IMG/VR virus record: IMGVR_UViG_3300045988_057118
Source of the DNA: a virus
Strand: one strand, 5' to 3'
Length of the DNA: 42,929 bases
Part shown: positions 19,849 to 26,662 of the stretch, piece by piece
Layout of the letters: each line of letters begins with the position of its first letter
Position numbering within the stretch: position 1 is the first letter of the stretch
Program-made: the position numbers and the translations under genes
Notes under the pieces: generated by a model
Database searches by the model: none
What the model was told of the DNA's origin: nothing
What the model saw: the letters and a program-made list of their open reading frames with translations, nothing else

Positions 19849-20733
19849 ATGGCAGAATGGTCAAATGCAACCATGACTGATATCGGTGCTGATCTTCAAG
19901 CGAAGGTAAATGCAGGCAAAACTAAATTGACATTCACTAAAATCAAAGTCGGTAGTGGCGTTAATGCAACGAATCCATTGGCACTAACTGATGTAATCTC
20001 CTCTAAATGGGAGACTACTAATTTTGTAGTTAAACAAGAAGGTAAAATCGTAAGCGTTGATACGTTTATTACAAATAACGGCATAAAAGAGGCATTTAGA
20101 ATGTCAGAAATTGGGTTATTTGCCAATGATCCAGATAAAGGAGAAATATTGTATGCATACCTAACAGATCCTGAACCTGATAGAATGCCGGCAGAAGGGG
20201 GTGCGGTTGTTGTATCTCAAGAGCTAACTATCGGAATGATGTTTAGTAACACTGGCAATGTATCACTCACAGTTAATATGGGGGCGCTAGTTAATCAGGA
20301 ACAACTTAAAGAGCATAACTCATCTACTTCATCTCACTCTCCTATAACAGACCAAATCAAAGCAATCCTTGGAAGTGCAAATTGGAAAGACACTCCTGCT
20401 AGTACACTTGTTACAATTAAAAATTTGTTGGGCCAAGGTGCTATAGTAGCATCTAAACTTGATGCTAGCGCAGGCTTTGTTAAATTTGCAAATGGTTTCA
20501 CTATCCAGTGGGGAATAGGCGGCCAAGATAATGTAACTAAGACAGAAGTGCGATTCCCTATCAAATTTACAACTTTATTCATGGCGAACGCTATTGATGC
20601 GTACTGGTCGGGCTCAGATACCCCTAGGTATTTTGCCAACTCCGTGACTGAGAGCGACACCACTAAGGCCGTATTTTCGGCAAGTGATAGATATGCTGCT
20701 TCTTATTACTGGTTCGCTCTAGGAAAAATTTAA
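19849..20733 (+). CDS. Tail fibre protein; constant N-terminal about 222 aa fused to invertible C-terminal cassette C0
   Basis: 294 aa after the gpI-like gene. Its C-terminal 72 aa begins at a ccagtggggaata site that recurs inverted twice downstream in front of homologous alternative C-termini. Confidence 0.7.
   Translation: MAEWSNATMTDIGADLQAKVNAGKTKLTFTKIKVGSGVNATNPLALTDVISSKWETTNFVVKQEGKIVSVDTFITNNGIKEAFRMSEIGLFANDPDKGEILYAYLTDPEPDRMPAEGGAVVVSQELTIGMMFSNTGNVSLTVNMGALVNQEQLKEHNSSTSSHSPITDQIKAILGSANWKDTPASTLVTIKNLLGQGAIVASKLDASAGFVKFANGFTIQWGIGGQDNVTKTEVRFPIKFTTLFMANAIDAYWSGSDTPRYFANSVTESDTTKAVFSASDRYAASYYWFALGKI
20503..20520 (+). repeat. Recombination site S0 (ctatCCAGTGGGGAATAgg) inside the tail fibre gene
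   Basis: 13-bp core ccagtggggaata is identical to the inverted copy at 21193-21205. Imperfect palindromic arms flank a 3-bp agt spacer; encodes TIQWGIG in frame. Confidence 0.7.
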
Positions 20734-20981
20734 TTACCTATAATCAGAAACATAATCTGGTCACCAACACCTTGCTGCCCTCTATAATCACTATCCTTGT
20801 ACGTCAACTGATTTCTAGATGTCGATAAAATGATTTCAGAAAATGAATAATCACCGTTATATCTTGTTGCAGAAACGGCGATAGTTTTATTACTGAACTC
20901 TATCGGATATCGCACAGTCCATGGCTTTGGTTGATTATTAGCATTAAATAATACCCACTGGGTATTAAGATAATCCGACGG
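20730..20981 (-). other. Silent alternative tail-fibre C-terminal cassette C2 (promoterless, inverted)
   Basis: Open frame on the minus strand beginning at inverted site SB (LNTQWVLFN ...). Its product aligns with the expressed C-terminus (VRYPIEFSN vs VRFPIKFTT; AVSATRYNGDYSF vs AVFSASDRYAASYYWF). Confidence 0.65.
20951..20966 (-). repeat. Recombination site SB (ataCCCACTGGGtat), inverted relative to S0
   Basis: Perfect palindromic arms ataccc/gggtat around act; shares ccagtggg with S0; encodes NTQWVL in the same phase as S0 (TIQWGI). Confidence 0.6.
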
Positions 20982-21231
20982 CTATCCACACAAAACTTCC
21001 AGTATCTGCTCTGTTAGTTAAGAATCTGATTGCGGTTCTATTAGATTGAGAAAATCCACTGTTCCACGAAATAAAGCATTCCGATCCAGAAGTCGCAACA
21101 CTGACAGAGTCGTCGGTGGCTAAGGATACCAGAACAGTACTGTTAATCGGTAGCGAAATATCTTTGTAGTACCTATTGGAATCAAACCAGGATATTCCCC
21201 ACTGGGGAGTTACTTTAATAATTCTATTGTT
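20965..21231 (-). other. Silent alternative tail-fibre C-terminal cassette C1 (promoterless, inverted)
   Basis: Open frame on the minus strand beginning at inverted site SA (VTPQWGISWFDSNRYYKDISLPINSTV ... FVWIAVGLS), homologous in length and pattern to C0 and C2; its stop overlaps site SB. Confidence 0.65.
21191..21208 (-). repeat. Recombination site SA (tattCCCCACTGGggagt), inverted copy of S0, 5 bp from the recombinase stop codon
   Basis: Reverse complement contains ccagtggggaata, identical over 13 bp to S0; encodes TPQWGI in phase with S0. Confidence 0.7.
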
Positions 21232-22061
21232 TTACGTAGTTCCCGAATGGTTTTGTGCGTGTATACCCTGGTAGTGATATCGCCTTGTTTATGACCTAAC
21301 AATGCGCGTAACGTGTTAGGCGGCGCAATCGCATCAAGTAGACTTGCAAATGTGTGCCGGGTATCGTGGATAGTATGCTTGCAGTTAAGTTGTTTCATAA
21401 TATCATGGAAATGCTTGCGAAATGATGTGTAGCTGATAGTGAATAGATAATTGTCTGTATCGTTGTATAATTGCTCAATTAATGGCATGATGCGGTGATG
21501 GATGGGAATGATACGCCCTTCACCAGCTTTTGTTTTAGCGTGTCTCACAATAAGGTATAATGATCGTCTATTGATATCTTGCCTACGTAAGTTAAGTAGC
21601 TCGCCGATACGGAGCCCGGTGTAGAGCAACATTAAAATCATTTGGGAATAAGAATTATCTATCGCCCATAATTTGTTGATTTGTTGGCGAGTGAATACTC
21701 TTCTTTTAATCATTGGTATATTGGGCCCTAGATTTAAGTGTGAGGCGTAATTAGTGATAGGGTAATCTTGGATGATTGCGTAATTAAATAATTGATTAAG
21801 TAACGTGCGGACTTTCTTACATGATGAGTAAGAAAGTCCTTTTACGTGCATGGAATTAATCACATTTTGAAGGTGCTGAAAATGAATATCCGTGATAGGC
21901 ATATCCGCTATGTTGGATATGTGTTTAAAAGCAATATGGTAAGACTTAACGACACTCTTAGTAATAGCTTGTGAGTGAATAGGCAACCACTCGTTAAATA
22001 GTTGCCTTAATGTAATGGTATTGCGTTGTCTACGTTTTAGTATAACGGCGTAACGGCGCAT
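21210..22061 (-). CDS. Tyrosine site-specific recombinase (Rci/shufflon-type invertase candidate)
   Basis: 283 aa with catalytic motifs TGLRIGEL (Arg), HDTRHTFAS (H-x-x-R), LGH, and TRVYTH (Tyr). RBS GGAGGTG; located directly adjacent to the invertible tail-fibre segment. Confidence 0.8.
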   Translation of the reverse strand: MRRYAVILKRRQRNTITLRQLFNEWLPIHSQAITKSVVKSYHIAFKHISNIADMPITDIHFQHLQNVINSMHVKGLSYSSCKKVRTLLNQLFNYAIIQDYPITNYASHLNLGPNIPMIKRRVFTRQQINKLWAIDNSYSQMILMLLYTGLRIGELLNLRRQDINRRSLYLIVRHAKTKAGEGRIIPIHHRIMPLIEQLYNDTDNYLFTISYTSFRKHFHDIMKQLNCKHTIHDTRHTFASLLDAIAPPNTLRALLGHKQGDITTRVYTHKTIRELRKTIELLK

Positions 22062-22087
22062 AATTTCACCTCCGAAAGGATGCTACT

Positions 22088-22477
22088 ATGAATCAATATG
22101 TATTTATTTTAAATGACAAAGGGGAGCGTATTACATCCCTGTGTGATAACACGTTGAGCCGTGATGATATTATGGCGCAAGCTGAACACGATTATCCAAA
22201 TGCACAATATGTGTATTCTGCAGATGGTGACAGTATGCTAGATGAATTTATGAGCGGTAAATTGTATGTAAACGGAAAATTTATTGAGCCTGATCCGTAT
22301 GTTCCTACAAAGGAAGATAAGATTAACGCTATAAAAGCTGAATATGAACCCCGCTTCAAAACGCTAGAAGAAGCGCAACGTAGATTGCTACTTATGGGAA
22401 AACCTACTAATGCAATTAGCACTCAATATATCAAGTTGAATAACGAAATGGTCGCACGAATTAAGGAGGTGCAATAA
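22088..22477 (+). CDS. Hypothetical protein, possibly tail-fibre associated
   Basis: 129-aa ORF divergent from the recombinase gene; RBS present. Confidence 0.4.
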   Translation: MNQYVFILNDKGERITSLCDNTLSRDDIMAQAEHDYPNAQYVYSADGDSMLDEFMSGKLYVNGKFIEPDPYVPTKEDKINAIKAEYEPRFKTLEEAQRRLLLMGKPTNAISTQYIKLNNEMVARIKEVQ

Positions 22478-22478
22478 T

Positions 22479-22619
22479 ATGCCTAAATATATCGGTGATA
22501 GCAAAGTTCCTGTTATGGAATTCTGTGAGTACTGCTGGGAGGTACTCAACGATGACGGTACATGTCCAACAGAAGGATGCGTGCACAATGATTTAATGGC
22601 TTTAGATGAAGAATCATAA
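22479..22619 (+). CDS. Small Cys-rich protein (46 aa)
   Basis: ATG preceded by AAGGAGGTG; CxxC ... CxxxxC zinc-ribbon-like pattern; not in the ORF track because under 60 aa. Confidence 0.35.
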   Translation: MPKYIGDSKVPVMEFCEYCWEVLNDDGTCPTEGCVHNDLMALDEES

Positions 22620-22635
22620 GGGCATGGGGGAGTGA

Positions 22636-23187
22636 ATGGATATTCTTAATGATATTTTAATCATGCTCATCAGTGGTATATCGCATGAACATATAGTCAG
22701 TATGGGGGTAGTGATTATTTTAACCACTACATTGTTATTTGTGGACACAATACAGCGGATTGCTGCAGAAGTGTTGCGGTATAACAAAGATAATCACAGG
22801 CCTAATAATCCTATTACACTACTAACAACATTGACCTGGTATGGATGGGGAAAAGGTAGGTATATCGATGAAACTACCGGTGAAAGGCGTAGATATTTAA
22901 TGAGTGAGCGCCTTAGAGGTGATCTATTAAAGAAACTATGCATACAATATCCGGCATGGATGATACTATCCATTGTATTTATTTCATTACCTGATATCCC
23001 AATACCAAACACCAATCTATTCTTAGACCATATATTCTCTTATGCATTTATGCTGATACCATTCTTCGCTGAGTGTTGGTCTATTATTGAAAACCTACGT
23101 GAAATGGTTGAAGATGACCTAATTGATATAGGAAAAATATTTCAATATACGATTGAAATCATAAAGGCATGGAGGGGTAATGGATAA
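22636..23187 (+). CDS. Membrane protein, holin-like
   Basis: 183 aa with several predicted TM helices, first gene of the lysis cassette. Confidence 0.4.
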   Translation: MDILNDILIMLISGISHEHIVSMGVVIILTTTLLFVDTIQRIAAEVLRYNKDNHRPNNPITLLTTLTWYGWGKGRYIDETTGERRRYLMSERLRGDLLKKLCIQYPAWMILSIVFISLPDIPIPNTNLFLDHIFSYAFMLIPFFAECWSIIENLREMVEDDLIDIGKIFQYTIEIIKAWRGNG

Positions 23188-23572
23188 GCTAGCGATTATT
23201 AACCGCATTAAGCGGTCATATAAGTCCATTCGAATAGCTGGCATACGGCCAACAGGTGTATTAGCAACGAGGGCATTGGTCCTCGTCATGCTAGTACCGA
23301 TGATATTAGTCGTTGCCCAGTATGTGCTATCGACGATTAAGGGGTATGTATCCCCTGAAGCGAATCAGCTTATCGATAAGGGTATTCTTATAATTGACCA
23401 TATATTCGTACCATCAGTGCTTATGACCATTGTTGGATTGTGTGGCATGTTCATCGATAAGAACCATAACGGGATTCCAGATAAGCTTGAGGAACCAAAT
23501 ACATTGCCTATGAACAGACCTGGCATACAACAATTAGAGGATGATATTAACCATGACGAGAGGGGGAAATAA
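23180..23572 (+). CDS. Holin-like membrane protein (two TM segments)
   Basis: 130 aa with two hydrophobic helices and a charged C-terminus; coupled ATGGATAA overlap; immediately upstream of the endolysin. Confidence 0.45.
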   Translation: MDKLAIINRIKRSYKSIRIAGIRPTGVLATRALVLVMLVPMILVVAQYVLSTIKGYVSPEANQLIDKGILIIDHIFVPSVLMTIVGLCGMFIDKNHNGIPDKLEEPNTLPMNRPGIQQLEDDINHDERGK

Positions 23573-24148
23573 ATGTTTAGACAAATTACAATGGACGAGT
23601 TAAAAGACCTAGCGCTAGATGCCTATGGCCAAATTGAAAAGGCGTACTATCATTGGACAGGGGTAAAAGGTGGTAAGCACTTCACAGATTACCATATCAA
23701 CATCGACCGAGCAGGTACAATGTGGACCGATATAGAGACCTTAACCGATTATAAGGAACACACCTATATGCGCAATAGTAACGCTGTAGGCATTGCCATT
23801 GAAGCGTGTTGGGATGCAGTCAGTGAAAATAACCTAGGTAGTGAACCACCAACAAAAGAACAGTTGGCCACTATGACACAAATTATGGCGGTGCTTACTA
23901 TTAATGCAGGTGTGCCACTTGACCTACAACATCAGATGACGCACGCCGAAGCAGCAGATAATCGGGACGGCTTGGACCTCTATTATTTAGATCCGACGGG
24001 CTATCCAAATAATACGTACGGCCCAGACTCCAACGTTGACCGATGGGACCTCTTGGTGTGCCATGAGGGCGACGAACGATGGAGTGGTGGTGACTGGTTA
24101 CGTGGCACCGCTCGATGGTGGGGTGCTCAGTGGGGTAGTACAATTTAG
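23573..24148 (+). CDS. Endolysin, N-acetylmuramoyl-L-alanine amidase (Amidase_2 / PGRP fold)
   Basis: 191 aa with an Amidase_2-like pattern (YHWTGVKGGKHFTDYHINIDRAGT ... GIAIE ... MTHAEAAD). Confidence 0.8.
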   Translation: MFRQITMDELKDLALDAYGQIEKAYYHWTGVKGGKHFTDYHINIDRAGTMWTDIETLTDYKEHTYMRNSNAVGIAIEACWDAVSENNLGSEPPTKEQLATMTQIMAVLTINAGVPLDLQHQMTHAEAADNRDGLDLYYLDPTGYPNNTYGPDSNVDRWDLLVCHEGDERWSGGDWLRGTARWWGAQWGSTI

Positions 24149-24160
24149 GAAGGAGTTACC

Positions 24161-24622
24161 ATGTATGAAACTATCAAGAACAAAGTTATATCTGCGTTTA
24201 CTCTTAAGCGTGTTATTTGTGGTGTGCTTAGCATTATTTCCATCTATTTCGCATGCAGCCTCATCGGAGGGTACCTCGACACAAGAGCCGACTATCAGCG
24301 TACCCGTGAGAAGTTGGAACGAACTCAAAGGGCGCTTGATGAAAGCAGAAAGCTCAATCAACAACTCCGAGAAAGCATTGCAGCAAGCCAACAGCTTAAC
24401 CGCGACGCAGGGAACAGCATTAACAGAATTGAAGATTATCAACGAAGAACGGACGAAGGAATTGAACGCGCTCAAAGCAATCAACGAGAAACAGGGGCAA
24501 GAATTAACGAAAGCCTCCAATCTCTTGACAACGCAAGAAGCGAAATTGAACGAAGCCTCGACCTCATTAGAAGAATTGACAGAACAAATCAAACGCAACA
24601 AACGAACCGAACAGCGCCTTAA
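24161..24622 (+). CDS. Alternative overlapping ORF, i-spanin-like (N-terminal TM plus charged periplasmic domain)
   Basis: 153 aa, ATG 7 nt after AGGAAGGAG. Uses rare ctc/cga codons, so it may be a compositional artefact of the T-depleted segment. Confidence 0.3.
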   Translation: MYETIKNKVISAFTLKRVICGVLSIISIYFACSLIGGYLDTRADYQRTREKLERTQRALDESRKLNQQLRESIAASQQLNRDAGNSINRIEDYQRRTDEGIERAQSNQRETGARINESLQSLDNARSEIERSLDLIRRIDRTNQTQQTNRTAP

Positions 24623-24689
24623 ACGGCAACGTGACACATGGGCCGTGGTAAGCGGTGTATTTGGATTGGCAGGTGCAATTCGTCGATGA
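24165..24689 (+). CDS. Spanin-like periplasmic coiled-coil protein (N-terminal signal peptide, C-terminal TM anchor)
   Basis: Frame +1 relative to 24161; host-like codon usage (tta/ttg Leu); clear heptad coiled coil. N-terminal signal MKLSRTKLYLRLLLSVLFVVCLALFPSISHA, C-terminal WAVVSGVFGLAGAI. Confidence 0.4.
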   Translation: MKLSRTKLYLRLLLSVLFVVCLALFPSISHAASSEGTSTQEPTISVPVRSWNELKGRLMKAESSINNSEKALQQANSLTATQGTALTELKIINEERTKELNALKAINEKQGQELTKASNLLTTQEAKLNEASTSLEELTEQIKRNKRTEQRLKRQRDTWAVVSGVFGLAGAIRR

Positions 24690-24750
24690 CTGAGAGGTGA
24701 TCCATACATCTCCTGAGCATGAACAGGTGGACTCATGGATTGACTATATA

Positions 24751-24792
24751 AAAGACCTTACCAGGATATAACTTGGTAAGGTCTTTTTTTTA
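24751..24792 (+). terminator. Rho-independent terminator ending the late/lysis operon
   Basis: aaagaccttacc / ggtaaggtcttt hairpin followed by a T8 tract. Confidence 0.7.
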
Positions 24793-24858
24793 TATTTAAT
24801 TTATTGCATACAATCTAAAAATATGGTGTAATTAGGGTAATAATAGGAGGTGGGAGTA

Positions 24859-25176
24859 ATGCTGAAAATTCTTAATTGTAATCCACATTTTATGAGGGAC
24901 CCAGTGCCCGTGTCGAACTATGCTGAAGCGTGGGACGTAATATGTTCCATGCAAAGGGAATTAGGTCAAGGGATACTTGCTGTTGACAGAGAGGCTTGGG
25001 AAGTTTTGGGATTAGCTGAGCATTTCCCTGAATTTGTTTGGAAAGAAAATGTAAAGGCGGTATACATTAATAGCGATAAATCGTTACTGATTTCTGCCCC
25101 AAGGAGATATTGTAGATCTAATGTTTTGAAGCTTATCAAATTCTTTGGACTCCACTATTCTATCCGAGAAATATAA
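24859..25176 (+). CDS. Moron: hypothetical protein between lysis cassette and attP
   Basis: 105 aa from ATG at 24859 with AGGAGGTG 7 nt upstream; its own AT-rich promoter region follows the late terminator. Confidence 0.45.
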   Translation: MLKILNCNPHFMRDPVPVSNYAEAWDVICSMQRELGQGILAVDREAWEVLGLAEHFPEFVWKENVKAVYINSDKSLLISAPRRYCRSNVLKLIKFFGLHYSIREI

Positions 25177-25185
25177 ATGTATATA

Positions 25186-25204
25186 TGACATCATTTTGAC
25201 ATCA
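25186..25204 (+). repeat. Integrase arm-type sites, left arm (two direct TTGACATCA copies)
   Basis: tgacatcat at 25186-25194 and tttgacatca at 25195-25204; the same 9-mer recurs three times at 25414-25459. Confidence 0.55.
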
Positions 25205-25336
25205 TATTATATAAAAATATAGTGAAATATAAATAGATACGCTAGTAATCGAGCTAGATAATTGCTGTATTTATAAGTTTTGTGTGTGAACTTTAAATGC
25301 CACGCCATCTTGAGGGGGTGGTGAGCTAACGCTCGT

Positions 25337-25364
25337 GCGGGTTCAAGTCCCGCCAACCGCACCA
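25337..25364 (+). other. attP core: tRNA/tmRNA 3'-end fragment (T-arm, acceptor 3' strand, CCA)
   Basis: gcggg ttcaagt cccgc caaccgc a cca forms a T-stem/loop plus acceptor with CCA, but no matching 5' acceptor strand or anticodon arm lies upstream. Confidence 0.6.
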
Positions 25365-25376
25365 AGCTAATAAAAT

Positions 25377-25413
25377 AAGGGCTTACAGAATTACCTGTAA
25401 GCCCTTATTTTTG
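25377..25413. terminator. Bidirectional terminator between attP core and int
   Basis: aagggcttacag / ctgtaagccctt hairpin with flanking A- and T-tracts. Confidence 0.6.
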
Positions 25414-25459
25414 TTTGACATCATAAAGTCTTATGCGGTTTGACATCATTTTGACATCA
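25414..25459 (+). repeat. Integrase arm-type sites, right arm (three direct TTTGACATCA copies)
   Basis: Copies at 25414-25423, 25439-25448 and 25450-25459; the last overlaps the int stop codon. Confidence 0.55.
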
Positions 25460-26530
25460 GAATATTTTAGCGATGCGCTCCACGATGTCATCTTCCATTT
25501 TAGGAGTGACGTGTGAGTAGGTATCCATTGTTTCTTGAAATGAAGCGTGCCCTAGACGTTCCTGTATGGCTTTCATATTTGCGCCATTTTCAATGAGAAG
25601 AGTAGCGTGAGTATGTCTAGTGCCATGCATTGTAAAAGATGGCTTACCGATTAAATTAGCGTATTTCTTACATAACTTACTAACCTCATCAGGACAGCGA
25701 GGTGCACCTTTGATGCCAGGGAATACTAGATTGTTATTAATCCAGTTCATTGTCTTAATTCTGCGTTTATCTATGACTATTTTATGCTTAATAAGTTCCT
25801 GGAGTGTATCCGTATCGATTGCTATTACACGTTTAGAGGATGTTGTTTTAGTTGTATTTGATATAACTGCAGTTGATCCGATTTTGAGTGCTGTTTGTGA
25901 GATAGATATGGTCGATTTCTTAAAGTCGATATCAGACCATCTTAGGCCTAACAATTCAGAGCGTCGCATACCAGTTGCAAATGCTAATTTAAAGAGTGCG
26001 TGATGTTCTGAGTTAGATATATTGGATAAGAAGTTTTTAACCTCATCTACAGATAGCGTTACCATATGCCGAACTTTAACCTGCTTTGGCCGGTCTATGT
26101 TTTTCATATAGTTCTTAGGGATGATGTCATCTTTTACCGCCTGCTCTAATATTGAGCCTAGAATTGTCATTGTGTAGGAGATAGTTCTTGATGATAATCC
26201 GCCCATCGACTCAAAGACATAGCGTAATGTATTGGGTTTAATCTCAGCTAGCTTTACATTGCCAATTTTGTTTCTAATATAGCGATTTATGATGCCTGTA
26301 TAACTTTGGTAGGTAGATGGCGTTATGGTCTTTTCTTTTAATTGTAACCATATATTAATCCATGTATTCAACGAGATAGTATCATCGAAATTTGCACATG
26401 ATTGATTAGTACTGATATACTTTTCCATGGCTTCAGTAGCAGCTTTCTTAGTGCTGCCATAAAAGTATTTTCGCTTACCGTTTATCACCTTAGATACCTG
26501 GTAGCGACCATCGGCTCGTTTTTTAGCCAT
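25457..26530 (-). CDS. int: Tyrosine integrase
   Basis: Start at MAKKRADGRYQ with AAGGAGG RBS (the ORF track's upstream extension lacks an RBS). C-terminal catalytic motifs HGTRHTHATL, LGH, YSH; adjacent to attP. Confidence 0.9.
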   Translation of the reverse strand: MAKKRADGRYQVSKVINGKRKYFYGSTKKAATEAMEKYISTNQSCANFDDTISLNTWINIWLQLKEKTITPSTYQSYTGIINRYIRNKIGNVKLAEIKPNTLRYVFESMGGLSSRTISYTMTILGSILEQAVKDDIIPKNYMKNIDRPKQVKVRHMVTLSVDEVKNFLSNISNSEHHALFKLAFATGMRRSELLGLRWSDIDFKKSTISISQTALKIGSTAVISNTTKTTSSKRVIAIDTDTLQELIKHKIVIDKRRIKTMNWINNNLVFPGIKGAPRCPDEVSKLCKKYANLIGKPSFTMHGTRHTHATLLIENGANMKAIQERLGHASFQETMDTYSHVTPKMEDDIVERIAKIF

Positions 26531-26633
26531 AAAAATAACCTCCTTGACATAGTGAATAAGCCTTAGAGGTTTTATGTGATATAATGATATTGGAGTAAAA
26601 ATGAAGTACCTCTGAGGTATGTAGTTTTTAATG

Positions 26634-26662
26634 GCCCTCACTGCGGTGAGGGCTTATTTTTA
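26634..26662 (+). terminator. Intrinsic terminator-like hairpin between int and the abi gene
   Basis: gccctcac tgcg gtgagggc hairpin followed by ttattttta. Confidence 0.45.

Noticed and set aside
19849-22061. Diversity-generating retroelement or serine-invertase (Gin/Cin-type) explanation for tail-fibre variation
   Set aside because: No reverse transcriptase and no template/variable repeat pair were found. The adjacent recombinase has a tyrosine-recombinase catalytic signature rather than a serine-recombinase N-terminal domain. Shufflon-type inversion fits better.
24098-24736. 212-aa minus-strand ORF across the spanin region
   Set aside because: The plus strand here is strongly T-depleted, which removes stop codons from every frame on both strands. 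There is no RBS and the product is implausible. Treated as a compositional artefact.
25290-25364. Intact tRNA gene
   Set aside because: Only the T-arm and the 3' acceptor strand with CCA are present. No complementary 5' acceptor strand or canonical anticodon stem-loop can be drawn upstream. Read as an attP core fragment rather than a functional tRNA.
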